From an uncultured Chloroflexia bacterium (GTDB taxonomy: Bacteria; Chloroflexota; Ktedonobacteria; Ktedonobacterales; JADMIN01), in NCBI GenBank assembly GCA_963718915.1, contig CAVRAI010000009.1, forward strand, positions 90,001 through 122,000: a DNA stretch of 32,000 nt, read 5' to 3'. Within the stretch, counting starts at the first letter, position 1, and each line of letters opens with the position of its first letter. Shown piece by piece: positions 7,449 to 17,134 of this stretch. The translations under genes and the position numbers were made by a program. The notes beneath the pieces are model-generated. The model ran no database searches. It was given only the letters and a program-made list of their open reading frames with translations, and was not told the DNA's origin.

Positions 7449-10410
7449 CTAACTGATCGAGACATCGTCGAAGAAGGTATAGGTGGGATCACCCACCCAG
7501 TCATCGTCGTGGTCAATCAGTGTGAGGGTGTAGGAATCGCCTGCCACCACATTCGCCGTTACCCGGTACCACGTGTCATTGTTGGTGCAGGTGTGCGGCA
7601 GCACGGTCGTGGTCTGGACGGTCGTGTTGTTCCTGAGTGTTGCCGTGGCCCAGTCATAGGCGACGGTGTCGTGGCAGGCCACTTTGTACCAGAACGTCAA
7701 CGTTGTTGCGCCCAGGGGTACCGCCACCGTCTGGCTGATGGAGCTATCACCAGGGTAAATCGCGAACGAGCCAACAACCGCTGACCACGTGCCACCGTGA
7801 GGGGAGACGGTTGAGAGCGCGACCGTGCCCAGGGTCGTCCAGCCCGTGTAATTGCTACCCTCGAATCCGCCATTGATGAATGGACTGGCCACAGGATTCG
7901 CGAGCTGGATATCATCCACCAGCAGGTAGGTTGGATCGCCAGGATAGTTGTCGTCATGGTCGGTAATCGTGATCGTGTAGGAATCCCCTACCGTTACCGG
8001 AGTCGATATATTGACCCACGTGTTCGTGTTGCTACAGGTGTGCGGAAGCATGATGGTTGGGGGAGAGCCACTGGTGTTATCCACGAGCGAAATAGTCGCC
8101 CAGTCGAAGTTGACGGTATCGTGACAAACGATGTTATACCAGATACTGAGCGAGCCATAGCCGCTGGGCACGGTGAAGGTCTGGCTGATGGAGCTATCGC
8201 CGCGATAGGGCGAGGCCGCGCCAATCTGCGCGGCGTAGGGGGCGGTATGAACCATGTTGCTGATGATGGTGCTTCCCGACCTTGTCCAGCCGTTGAAGTT
8301 GCCGTTATCGAAGCCGCCATTCGTGATGGGGTTGTATCCTCCAGAGTATGTCACGGCAAGGCCGACACTCGTGCTCTCGGATATGCCTCCCTCAGTACCA
8401 GTAACTTCGACGTTGTAGAAGCCTGTGGCGAGTGAAGGGCTGACGTTGATCGTCAGAGTGGACGATCCACCCGCAGTAATCGCTGTCGGGTTGAGACTTA
8501 CCGTTAGCCCAGGTGACGAGGCAATGGCACTCAGGCTCACTGTACCCGCCGAGCCGTTGGTGACAGCCGTGCTGATGATCGAGGTACCGCTACTACCCTC
8601 GGCAATCGAGAGGCCGGTTGGGTTGGCGCTGATGGAGAAGTCGTTACCGTTGTGTGTATCGTACAGGTCGCGGGCGATATTCCACACGTCCGGCGTGCCG
8701 ATGCCAGACGCCAGATCATAGCCGCTGGTCGCCGGGTAGTACAGGTTGTTGCCGCCGTTGACGTCATGATAGGCAGTGTATGGCTGTGTGGTGTTGAAGA
8801 GGCTGTAGAGCATTGCGCTGGCGCTGCCGAGCACGGGCATGCTGTTGGCCGCGAGATACTGGTTCAGATCCGCCGCGATGCCCGCCCAGAGCGGAGCCGC
8901 CGCGCTCGTGCCGCCTACTATGATCCACGGGTCCGACGACGTGCAGCCAGCCGCCGTCGCCGTGCAGTAGACTGAGTAGCCGGTGTAGGGGTTGGCGTCC
9001 GCCGAGACATCGGGCACTTCACGGTTGCCGTTGGAATAGAGCGTTCGTCGTGCCGGGGCCGGTCTGATAGCTGGGTTTGGCAAAGTAGGCGCTCAGGCCG
9101 CCGCCGCCGCCCGCGCCTTCCGGCCCGCGTGAGGTATCGGTCACGTCGGACCAGACCGTCTCACCACCGTATGCGCCACTGGGGCCCGTCTGCAAAGACG
9201 TGCCGCCGACGCCCACCACGTTCGGATCAGAGGCTGGAGAATCGACGGCGAGGCTGGTAGTGCCGCAATCATAAGCGCCCGCGTCACCCGAAGCCGCGAA
9301 GAACGCCTGTCCCTGCGCCGCGCCTTGCTGGAAGATATTGTCCAGCGTCTGCAACTCGGACGTTCCCGAATAATATTCGCACAGACCCCAACTGGTGCTG
9401 GTGACTTTGGCGATGTTATCGGTCACGATCTTGTTGTAGGTATCGTTGACGCCAGTGTCGGTATTGGGGCCAATGTAGATCTTCTGGGTCGCGCCGGGAG
9501 CAACCGCCGAGACGACCTCCATATCTAACTCGACCTCGATGGCTCCTTGCCCTGCTGTGTTGGTGGCGCCATCCACCAGCACATTGGAGTACTTGGCCGA
9601 GCCGAGGCTATAGGCGCTGAGATAGGTGTTGACATCGCCAGGAATGTAGCCATCCAGCTCGAAGATGGCGACCGTCTGTCCAGCGCCATTCGCGCTGCTG
9701 ATGAGCGAGTTCATGTCGTAGGCGGTACGCAGGTCACTCGGCGTATAACTGCCACCAGGGCCGCTGCCAGCGTGAGGTCGGGCGCCGCCGCTCTGGTTCT
9801 GGATAACCGGGCCATGGGTACGAACTCCCACGTCATTCAGGCCAGAGATATTGACGATCATACCCGTGAGCGAATCAGGAACGGATGGCTCAGTCGTCGG
9901 CGCATAGACCGTGCGGCCATTCACCTGGTAGCTCGCCAGCGTCGTCTGGAAGGCAGCCTCAATGGTCGCTATCGACCCTGAGGCATCAATCAGCAAATGG
10001 TTCGCCGCCACCGAATGCACCACCAGCCCTTGACTGCGCAGCCAGCTCGTCACCTGATTCACTGTTGCCTGCGTGGGGGAGAAACGCGCCTGAAACTCGC
10101 GGGTGGAGAGATACTGGTGATACTGCCCGGAGTGCGGGTTGTTTTGGGCGGCGATTAGCTGCGTCAGCCCGCTCTGATTGCGCAGGCTGAGGCTGATCGA
10201 GAGGTCGAGCGCCTGGGCATTATCTGGATGTTGGGCTAGCGCGTGGCGGCCACGGACAGCGGGGACCAGATGCCCATGGATGGTCCAACGACCTGAGGCA
10301 GCCTGGCTGGTGAAGTGCGCGTTGACGAGAGGGAGCGCGACGAGGGCAGAGAGGATAGTCAGCGCGATTACTGCGCCGATGGCTACCTTGCGGCGGAGCG
10401 GACGAGTCAT
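7449..10410 (-). pseudogene. S53 (sedolisin/kumamolisin-type) pre-pro-peptidase with an Ig-like region and two C-terminal ~145-aa repeat modules; interrupted by one +1 frameshift near 9040
   Basis: ORFs 9019..10443 and 7449..9083 overlap in different frames. Contains a signal peptide, a pro-kumamolisin-like activation domain, and catalytic motifs AIEVELDMEVV, SGDAGAYDC and GGTSAAAPLWAG. The start is set at ATG 10410 (MTRPLRRK, AGGAG 9 nt upstream) by homology to the copy-2 start. Compared with copy 2 (acgacgaattactattcc), copy 1 reads acgacgaacgctctattcc, which is one extra nucleotide. Confidence 0.8.
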
Positions 10411-10502
10411 AACCACTACTCCTGATATTCCCGTATATTGCATATTGCTGCCATGCGTGATTGATGGCGTACCCGCAGGACGACGACGCAGCGAGGAAAC
10501 CT

Positions 10503-10531
10503 ATTATGAGGCATCTGACAGCGCCTGTCTA
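10503..10531 (-). promoter_or_regulatory. sigma70-type promoter of S53 peptidase copy 1 (TAGACA-17 nt-CATAAT on the minus strand)
   Basis: -35 at 10531-10526 and -10 at 10508-10503. The same 35-nt block (ctattatgRggcatStgacagcgcctgtctactg) is conserved upstream of copy 2. Confidence 0.55.
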
Positions 10532-10682
10532 CTGCCAAGCCCGTTTGGATTCACCGATAGCGGCTGTTACGTCGTGTCACGATGTGTTGTACCGACTTAC
10601 CATACGCGCAGGGAAACTAGGCGGCGGGGAGGACTCGCAGGCGCTCCCCGCTTGGTGAACGGACCAACTCAGGCGGCGCGCC

Positions 10683-13650
10683 CTAGTTGATCGAGACGTC
10701 GTCGAAGAAGGTGAAGGTGGGATCAGCCGACCCAGTCGTCGTCGTGGTCAATGAGCGTGAGCGTGTAGGTATGCCCTGGTAGCACATTGGCGGTCGCCTT
10801 GACCCAGGTGGAGTTGTTGGTGCAGGTATGGGGTAGTATAGTGCGGTTACGTTGGTGGTGTTGTCCCTGAGCGTTGCGGTGGCCCAGTCATAGGTCACAG
10901 TGTCGTGGCAGACGACGCGGTACCAGAATGTCAACTTCTTGCGCCTGCCGGAGCTGTCACCGTCTGGCTGATGGAGCTATCGCCCGCGAAGGGCGCGGTT
11001 GATCCAACCTCAGCTAACCAGATGCCATTGTGTTGCCAGCCACTGATCGCAGTGGCGGCGCCTGTTGTTGTCCAACCGGTGTAGCAGCCTGTCTCGAACC
11101 CGGGATTGATGAATGGATTGGCCGCGGGAGCCACGAGGGTGATGTCGTCAACCAGCATGTAGGTCGGGTCGGTAGGATACCCATCATCATGGCTGGTCAA
11201 GGTGAGGGTATACACATCGCCTTGCGCCACCGGAGCCGTCAGATTGACCCATGCGCCTGTGTTGGAGCACGTCTTGGCTAGAATCGTCGACGAGACGCTG
11301 GTGTAGGTGTCCAGGAGGGTAATGGTGGCCCAGTCGAAGTTGACGGTGTCGGGGCAGACGATCCGATACCAGAGGGTGAGTGTGCCGTCGCCGCTAATGG
11401 ACATTGAAATTTTGACTAATCCAGCTGTCGCCGCGGTAAGGCGAGGTCGAGCCAATTTGCGCGGCGTAGGACCCGCTGTGGGCTGTGGCGCTGATGGCAG
11501 TGTTGCCGACTTGGTCCAGTATTGAGGTTGCCAGTTTCAAACGGCCGTTCCGATTGGAGTAGAACTTCGCATGGGGCCACGACATTGAAGGTGGTCCCAG
11601 TAGCTAGAAATGCAGCTCCCCTCGGTCCGCAATCGCTAATGGAATAGGGATCCTGCAATCGCAGATGGGCTAACGGTGACTGTCATGGTGGATGAGCCGC
11701 CAGTGGTATGACGTCTGACTGAGACTAACAGTTGGCCCGGGTGCTGGAAGGTAATCACTTTCAAGCTGATGACGCCTCCGGGCCAGTCGTCACAGCGGTA
11801 TTGATCGTAGCGTGCCACAACCACCCTGTCAATGCCCTGGCTATAGGGGGGATGGTGCTGAGCGAAAAGTCGTACGATGCGATTGCGGACAGACAGATCG
11901 TAGGGCCATATTCCAGACATCCGGCTGCCAATGCCAGATGGCCAAATCGTAGCCATGCCGTCGTGTAGTAATAGAGATTGTAGCCGCCGATGATGTCATG
12001 GTAGGCCGGGATAAGGTTGGGTCGTGTTGAAAAGCCTGTAGATCGTCAGCACTGGCGCTGCCCAGGACAGGCATGCTGTTCGCCGCGAGGTATTGATTCA
12101 GGTCTGCCGCGAGGCCGCCCAGAGTGGCGCTGCCGCACTGGTGCCGCCTACCTGTACCCAGCCAGAGGCAGGACACCCAGAGGCCGACGCCGTGCAGTAC
12201 ATTGAGTAGCCGGTATTGGGATTGGCGTCCGCCGAGACATCAGGCACCTGACGCATGCCATTGGAATAGTAATTCGTCGTGCCAGGGCCGGTCTGATAGC
12301 TAGGCTTGCCCGGAGAATACGTGCTTAGGCCGCCGCCACTGCCCGCGCCCTTCGGTCCGCGCGAGGTATCGGAGGGATCGGACCAGACCGACTCACTGGT
12401 ATACGAGCCGACCCTGCCTGTCTGAAGACTCGTGCCGCCGACGCCGACCACATACAGATCATCGGCAGGCGAATCGACCCAGAGGTTCGTATCGCCGCAG
12501 TCATAGGCGCCCGCGTCGCCTGAGGCGGCGAAGAACGCCTGCCCCTGCGCGGCGCCCTGCTTGAAGATGTTGTCCAGCGCCAGCAGCTCGATCGTGCCGG
12601 AAAGATACTCGCACAGCCCCCAGCTGGTGCTGGTGACTTTGGCGATGTTATCAGTGACGATCTTGTTATAGGTATCGTTGACCCCTTGAGCAGAGTTCGG
12701 GCCGATATAGATCTTCTGGGTCGCGCCAGGGGCAATCGCCGAGACGACCTCCATATCCAGCTCAGCCTCGATGGCGCCCGCGCCCGGCTGTGTTGGTCGC
12801 GCCATCCACCAGCACATTGGAGTAGTTGGCGGAGCCGAGGCCATAGTTGCTGAGATAGCGTATTGACATCACTCGGCGTGTAGCCATCCAACTCGAAGAT
12901 GGCGACGGTCTGCCCGGTGCCATCGGCGCTGCTGATGAGCGAGTTCATATCATAGGCGGTGCGCAGCTCGCTGGGGGTGTAGCCACCGCCGGGGCCGCTG
13001 CCCACATGTGGCCGAGTAGCGACGGCTATGGTTCTGAATGATGGGCGCGTGAGTATAGATCGCCGACATCATCGAGGCCCGCGATATTGACGATGAGGCC
13101 GGTGAGCGCGTCGGGGACGGATGGCTCGGTCAGTTGGCGCATAGACGGTGCGGCCGTTCACCTGATAGCTTGCCAGCGTCGTCTGGAAGGCTGCCTCGAC
13201 GGTCGCCACAGAGCCAGAGGCGTCGATCAACAGGTGGTTCGCCGCGACCGAATGCACCACCAGCCCCTGGCTCCGCAGCCATGCCGTCACCTGGTTCACC
13301 GTCGCCTGCGTCGGGGAGAAACGCGCCTGGAACTCGCGCGTGGTCAGATACTGGTGATAGAGGCCGGAGTGCGGATTATTCTGCGCGGCGATCAGTTGGG
13401 TCAGGCCGCTCTGATTACGCAGGCTGAGACTGATCGAGAGGTCGAGCGCCTGGGCGGTGTCGGGGGACTGCGCCAGCGCATGGCGGCCACGAACGGCGGG
13501 GACGAGGTGGCCATGGATGGTCCAGCGGCCGGAGCCAGCGGCGTGACTGGTGAAGTGGGCGTTGACGAGGGGAACAGCGACCAGCGCGGAGATGAGGGTC
13601 AGCGCGATGAGCGCGCCGAACGCCACCCTGCGACGAAGCAGACGATTCAT
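10683..13650 (-). pseudogene. decayed tandem paralog of the S53 pre-pro-peptidase (at least 7 frame changes)
   Basis: A chain of minus-strand ORF fragments in shifting frames: 13069..13650, 12325..13005, 12098..12844, 11841..12176, 11636..11956, 10931..11455 and 10683..10934. They are collinear with copy 1. The N-terminal 170 aa are about 90+% identical by eye, and the ending ...DPTFTFFDDVSIN matches. Confidence 0.85.
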
Positions 13651-13748
13651 GTACTACTCCTGAATAGTCCTCGCTACCGTTTCGATGTATCGCGCCTCTG
13701 CCGGGTCTATCGCTCGCTGGCGAGACAAAGGCTCAGCTTAGAAACTCT

Positions 13749-13777
13749 ATTATGGGGCATGTGACAGCGCCTGTCTA
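13749..13777 (-). promoter_or_regulatory. duplicated copy of the S53 promoter (TAGACA-17 nt-CATAAT)
   Basis: -35 at 13777-13772 and -10 at 13754-13749. Same block as 10503-10531. Confidence 0.5.
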
Positions 13778-13885
13778 CTGGCGCATCTGATGAGATGTGT
13801 TGCGCCACCGTCATGACGGGGATGTAACGATGCGCGCTGTGCCGGGGTTCGTGTATCCTAGAAGAGAGAACGAAGGAACCGAGGG

Positions 13886-14632
13886 ATGGTAATGCGAAGC
13901 AACGAAACAGGCGCTCTGGCCCAGGGCGCCGTGATGACCTGGGCAGGCAACGTCATGGTGACGGCTGGGCCAGACGGGGTGCGCGCGTCGGAGATTCCAC
14001 AGTGGTCGGCGACGCGATCAGAGGCGCCGCCAGACCTCGGCGCAATCACGATCTACGAGGGCAGCGATGAGAATGCGCTGCGCCATCTGCGCCAGGCGCT
14101 CGGCGAGCTGGACGAGTATTTTCGCGGTGAACGGCGGGAGTTCACCGTCACGCTCGACCCGCGAGGTACAGCGTTCTATCGCGCCGCCTGGGATGCGGTG
14201 GCGCGCGTACCCTTTGGCGAGACGCGCGCCTATGCGGAGATCGCGCGGGCTATCGACTCGCCCACGGCGATACGAGCGGTGGGCGCGGCCAACGGAGCAA
14301 ATCCAGTGGCGCCATTCGTCCCCTGCCACCGCATCGTCGGCAGCGATGGACGACTGACAGGCTATGGGCCGGGGCTGCCACTCAAAGCGCGGCTGCTGGC
14401 GATGGAGGGCGCTCTACCGGTGGGCGCCGACTCCTACGATGCCTGGGTGGACACGCTCCGCGCCCGCAACGGGGGGCGTCTGCCCGCGCTGGGGATTCGT
14501 GGCGCGTCGCAGTACTGCGCGCCGGGATGCGCACGGAGCCGCGCGCGCTGGGCGCTACCGCCGCGTATCTTCGCCAGCGGCGATGCCGCGCGGGAGGCTG
14601 GCTACCTGCCCTGTCCGCTCTGTGGTGGGTAG
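13886..14632 (+). CDS. ogt: methylated-DNA--protein-cysteine methyltransferase (Ogt/MGMT) with a C-terminal Cys-rich Ada-like tail
   Basis: 248 aa. Active-site PCHRIV within ...NPVAPFVPCHRIVGSDGRLTGYG..., and a C-terminus ...YCAPGCARS...IFASGDAAREAGYLPCPLCGG. Confidence 0.85.
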   Translation: MVMRSNETGALAQGAVMTWAGNVMVTAGPDGVRASEIPQWSATRSEAPPDLGAITIYEGSDENALRHLRQALGELDEYFRGERREFTVTLDPRGTAFYRAAWDAVARVPFGETRAYAEIARAIDSPTAIRAVGAANGANPVAPFVPCHRIVGSDGRLTGYGPGLPLKARLLAMEGALPVGADSYDAWVDTLRARNGGRLPALGIRGASQYCAPGCARSRARWALPPRIFASGDAAREAGYLPCPLCGG

Positions 14633-14757
14633 TTGTACGGGATTGAGTCCGCATGCTGTATTCTGGATATGTTCAACGTGCGTGCGTCGCTTGCCAGCCG
14701 CGGGAACCAGTAGCGGGATGGCAGCGTCTCTCCAGAGCACAGGAAAGGAGAATCAGC

Positions 14758-15324
14758 ATGCGATTCATTCACTTCCCGCCATTGTCGCGCGTAGGACGGC
14801 TATTGCCTGTGGCGTTGGTACTGGTGCTGGCCGCGTGTGGCGTCACGACGACCAGCGAGCAGCAGCCGGGAGGTACGAGCGGTACGCCGACGGCGGCAGC
14901 AGCCTCCACAGCAACACCAGGAGGAACACCCGTGCCATCAGTACCACCGACAGGCGCGATTACGCTGACCACCGATCACGCATCGTACACGACATCGGGC
15001 GCCATTATCGTGACCCTCAGCAATCATCGCTCGACCAGCGTCTTCGCCTTCGATCATCAGACAAGCTGCACCATTCTCACGCTCCAGCGACAGACGGCTT
15101 CTGGCTGGCAGGCGGTGGGTGGATGCGCGCAGGGGCGCATGACCGTGCAGGTCGAAATCAAGGCGGGCGCGAGCATGAGTATCACCATTGCGCCGAGCGC
15201 CGGGCAGATACATCCAGCGCCCTGGCCAGCCGGAACCTACCGGGCCGTCCTCAATTACGCCCTTCAGAAGCAGGAGATGGCGACAGGCGCCATGGCTGCC
15301 TCGCCGATGTTCACCATCAGCTGA
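14758..15324 (+). CDS. hypothetical lipoprotein (beta-rich domain)
   Basis: Track ORF 14653..15324. ATG 14758 follows AGGAAAGGAG. The signal and lipobox read MRFIHFPPLSRVGRLLPVALVLVLAAC, followed by a Thr/Gly/Pro linker. Confidence 0.6.
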   Translation: MRFIHFPPLSRVGRLLPVALVLVLAACGVTTTSEQQPGGTSGTPTAAAASTATPGGTPVPSVPPTGAITLTTDHASYTTSGAIIVTLSNHRSTSVFAFDHQTSCTILTLQRQTASGWQAVGGCAQGRMTVQVEIKAGASMSITIAPSAGQIHPAPWPAGTYRAVLNYALQKQEMATGAMAASPMFTIS

Positions 15325-15372
15325 GATTGCTGGAATCCGCCTGCCAGAAGGCTATGCCAGCGACCAGCAGCC

Positions 15373-15401
15373 TTGCGACACCGCGACCCGGCGTGTACAA
15401 T
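15373..15401 (+). promoter_or_regulatory. promoter candidate (TTGCGA-17 nt-TACAAT) upstream of the mutase-subunit/meaB operon
   Basis: -35 at 15373-15378 and -10 at 15396-15401. It overlaps a perfect 9-bp inverted repeat, acaccgcga...tcgcggtgt. Confidence 0.35.
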
Positions 15402-15543
15402 CGCGGTGTGGCCGCGCATGGGCGCGCCACAGCTACAAAGACGGAGTGATGAGCGCAATACGCGCAATAAGCACGGCAAGCACAGCAATGGCGCTGAAAG
15501 GGGGAACGCGAGGTGGGCCGTTGGGGCGTCACGTCGCGCACAT

Positions 15544-16020
15544 ATGGCGGAACAACGCAAGATTCGGGTGCTGGTTGCCAAACCAGGGCTGGATGGGCAT
15601 GATCGTGGCGCGAAGGTGCTGGCGCGCGCGCTGCGTGACGCCGGGATGGAGGTCATCTATACCGGCATACGCCAGACGCCGCAGATGATCGTCGAGGCGG
15701 CCATCCAGGAAGATGTGGACGCCATCCTGATGAGCATTCTCTCTGGCGCGCACATGGCGATTTTCCCGAAAGTGATGGAGCTGCTCAGGGAGAGTGGCGT
15801 GGATGATGTGCTGGTGATGGCGGGCGGCATTCTGCCCGACGAGGATCTACCAGCCATCGAGGCGATGGGCATCAGGGGCAACTTTGGGCCAGGCACCTCG
15901 CTTTCCACCATCATTGAGTTTGTGCGGGCAAATATCAACGTCGACCGGCTCACGCATGATCTGGCGCCGCTCGCCCGACCCGCCGACGCGGCTGACGCGG
16001 CAGAGGAAACGGCCCACTAG
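15544..16020 (+). CDS. methylmalonyl-CoA mutase family, cobalamin-binding (C-terminal domain) subunit
   Basis: Track ORF 15373..16020. Homology-like sequence begins at ATG 15544: [41 protein letters not shown]..., carrying the B12-binding DxHxxG-type motif GLDGHDRG. Confidence 0.85.
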   Translation: MAEQRKIRVLVAKPGLDGHDRGAKVLARALRDAGMEVIYTGIRQTPQMIVEAAIQEDVDAILMSILSGAHMAIFPKVMELLRESGVDDVLVMAGGILPDEDLPAIEAMGIRGNFGPGTSLSTIIEFVRANINVDRLTHDLAPLARPADAADAAEETAH

Positions 16021-16021
16021 C

Positions 16022-16984
16022 ATGCCACAGACTGATATCGTCACGCGATTGCTCGCAGGCGACCGGCGAGCGCTGGCGCGGGTCGTTACACTGATCGAAA
16101 ACGGCGCGCCCCAGACACGGGCCATCCTCGCGGAACTGCACGCGCACGGCGGGCATGCGCACATCGTCGGGTTTACTGGATCGCCCGGCGCGGGCAAGAG
16201 TACGCTGGTGATGCAACTGGCGCGCGAGCTGCGCAGGCGCGAGCAGCGGATCGGCATCCTCGCCGTCGATCCCAGCAGCCCGTTCACCGGCGGCGCCATC
16301 CTGGGCGACCGTATCCGCATGCAGGAACTGGCGGGCGACGCCAATGTCTTCATCCGCAGCATGGCCAGCCGTGGCAGCCTTGGCGGGCTGGCCGCCTCCA
16401 CCCGCGATGTGGTGCGCGCGCTGGACGCCGCGGGCTTCGATACGATCATCATCGAGACGGTGGGCGCGGGGCAGGCGGAGGTCGAGATCGTCCGCGCGGC
16501 GCAGAGCGTCGTCGTGGTGACGGTGCCCGGCATGGGAGACGACATCCAGGCCATCAAGGCGGGCATCCTCGAGATTGCCGATATCTTTGTTGTCAACAAG
16601 GCCGACCGTCCCGGCGCCGACCAGACCGCCGCCGAACTTCGCATGTTGCTTGGCCTGGACGAACACCGCAAGGAGCGCATCTGGCGTGTCCCCATCGTCA
16701 GGACCAACGCGATGACGGGTGAGGGCGTGCCCGAACTGGCCGACAAACTCGCCGCCCACCTCGCCATGCTGCGGACGTCGGGCATGCTCGCCAGCCGGAG
16801 CGGCCAGCAGGCGCACAGTGAGATGCTGGCGCTGCTGCATCAGGCGCTGGTCGAAAAGATCGAGGCGACTATCGGCGCCGATGAGTGGGATCGGCTGGTG
16901 GCTGAGGTGGTCGAGCGCAACCGCGACCCCTACACGACGGCTGATGAGCTGGCGCGGCGCATCGGGCTGGTCCCGGCAAAGTGA
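16022..16984 (+). CDS. meaB: methylmalonyl-CoA mutase-associated GTPase (MeaB/ArgK)
   Basis: ATG 16022 lies 1 nt after the previous stop. Sequence MPQTDIVTRLLAGDRRALARVVTLIENG..., P-loop GSPGAGKST, and NKAD. The large antisense ORFs 15847..16785 and 15950..16840 are shadows. Confidence 0.9.
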   Translation: MPQTDIVTRLLAGDRRALARVVTLIENGAPQTRAILAELHAHGGHAHIVGFTGSPGAGKSTLVMQLARELRRREQRIGILAVDPSSPFTGGAILGDRIRMQELAGDANVFIRSMASRGSLGGLAASTRDVVRALDAAGFDTIIIETVGAGQAEVEIVRAAQSVVVVTVPGMGDDIQAIKAGILEIADIFVVNKADRPGADQTAAELRMLLGLDEHRKERIWRVPIVRTNAMTGEGVPELADKLAAHLAMLRTSGMLASRSGQQAHSEMLALLHQALVEKIEATIGADEWDRLVAEVVERNRDPYTTADELARRIGLVPAK

Positions 16985-17134
16985 GCCTTCACCGGAAGCT
17001 CATCCGTAACCGCATGCTTCTTGACACCACCTTTATGGTTTCTCTAAGGCACTAGCGCTGAATTTGCAAGGGGACGCTTCGTGGGGCGGGTGGGTCGCTC
17101 GCCTCGCAACGACCAGTGACGAAGGAGGATGTTG

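Noticed and set aside
7449-13650. Whether the repeated ~3 kb units or the many short repeats could be a CRISPR array or other repeat-spacer structure
   Set aside because: The units are protein-coding paralogs. The short repeats are simple head-to-tail duplications without spacers. No cas genes are present.
13651-13885. tRNA-like sequence (gggttcgtgtatcc) and other intergenic regions scanned for tRNA/rRNA
   Set aside because: There is no GGTTCGAATCC-type T-arm with matching acceptor or anticodon stems here or in the other intergenic regions. No RNA gene could be supported.
15325-15543. Possible cobalamin riboswitch upstream of the B12-binding mutase subunit
   Set aside because: Only a vague aaagggggaacgcgaggtg resemblance. 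No B12 box or conserved core strings are recognisable, and the space before the ATG is too short.
15847-16840. Two ~300-aa minus-strand ORFs opposite meaB
   Set aside because: These are Arg/Ala/Ser-rich shadow ORFs. The + strand encodes a textbook MeaB with a P-loop.
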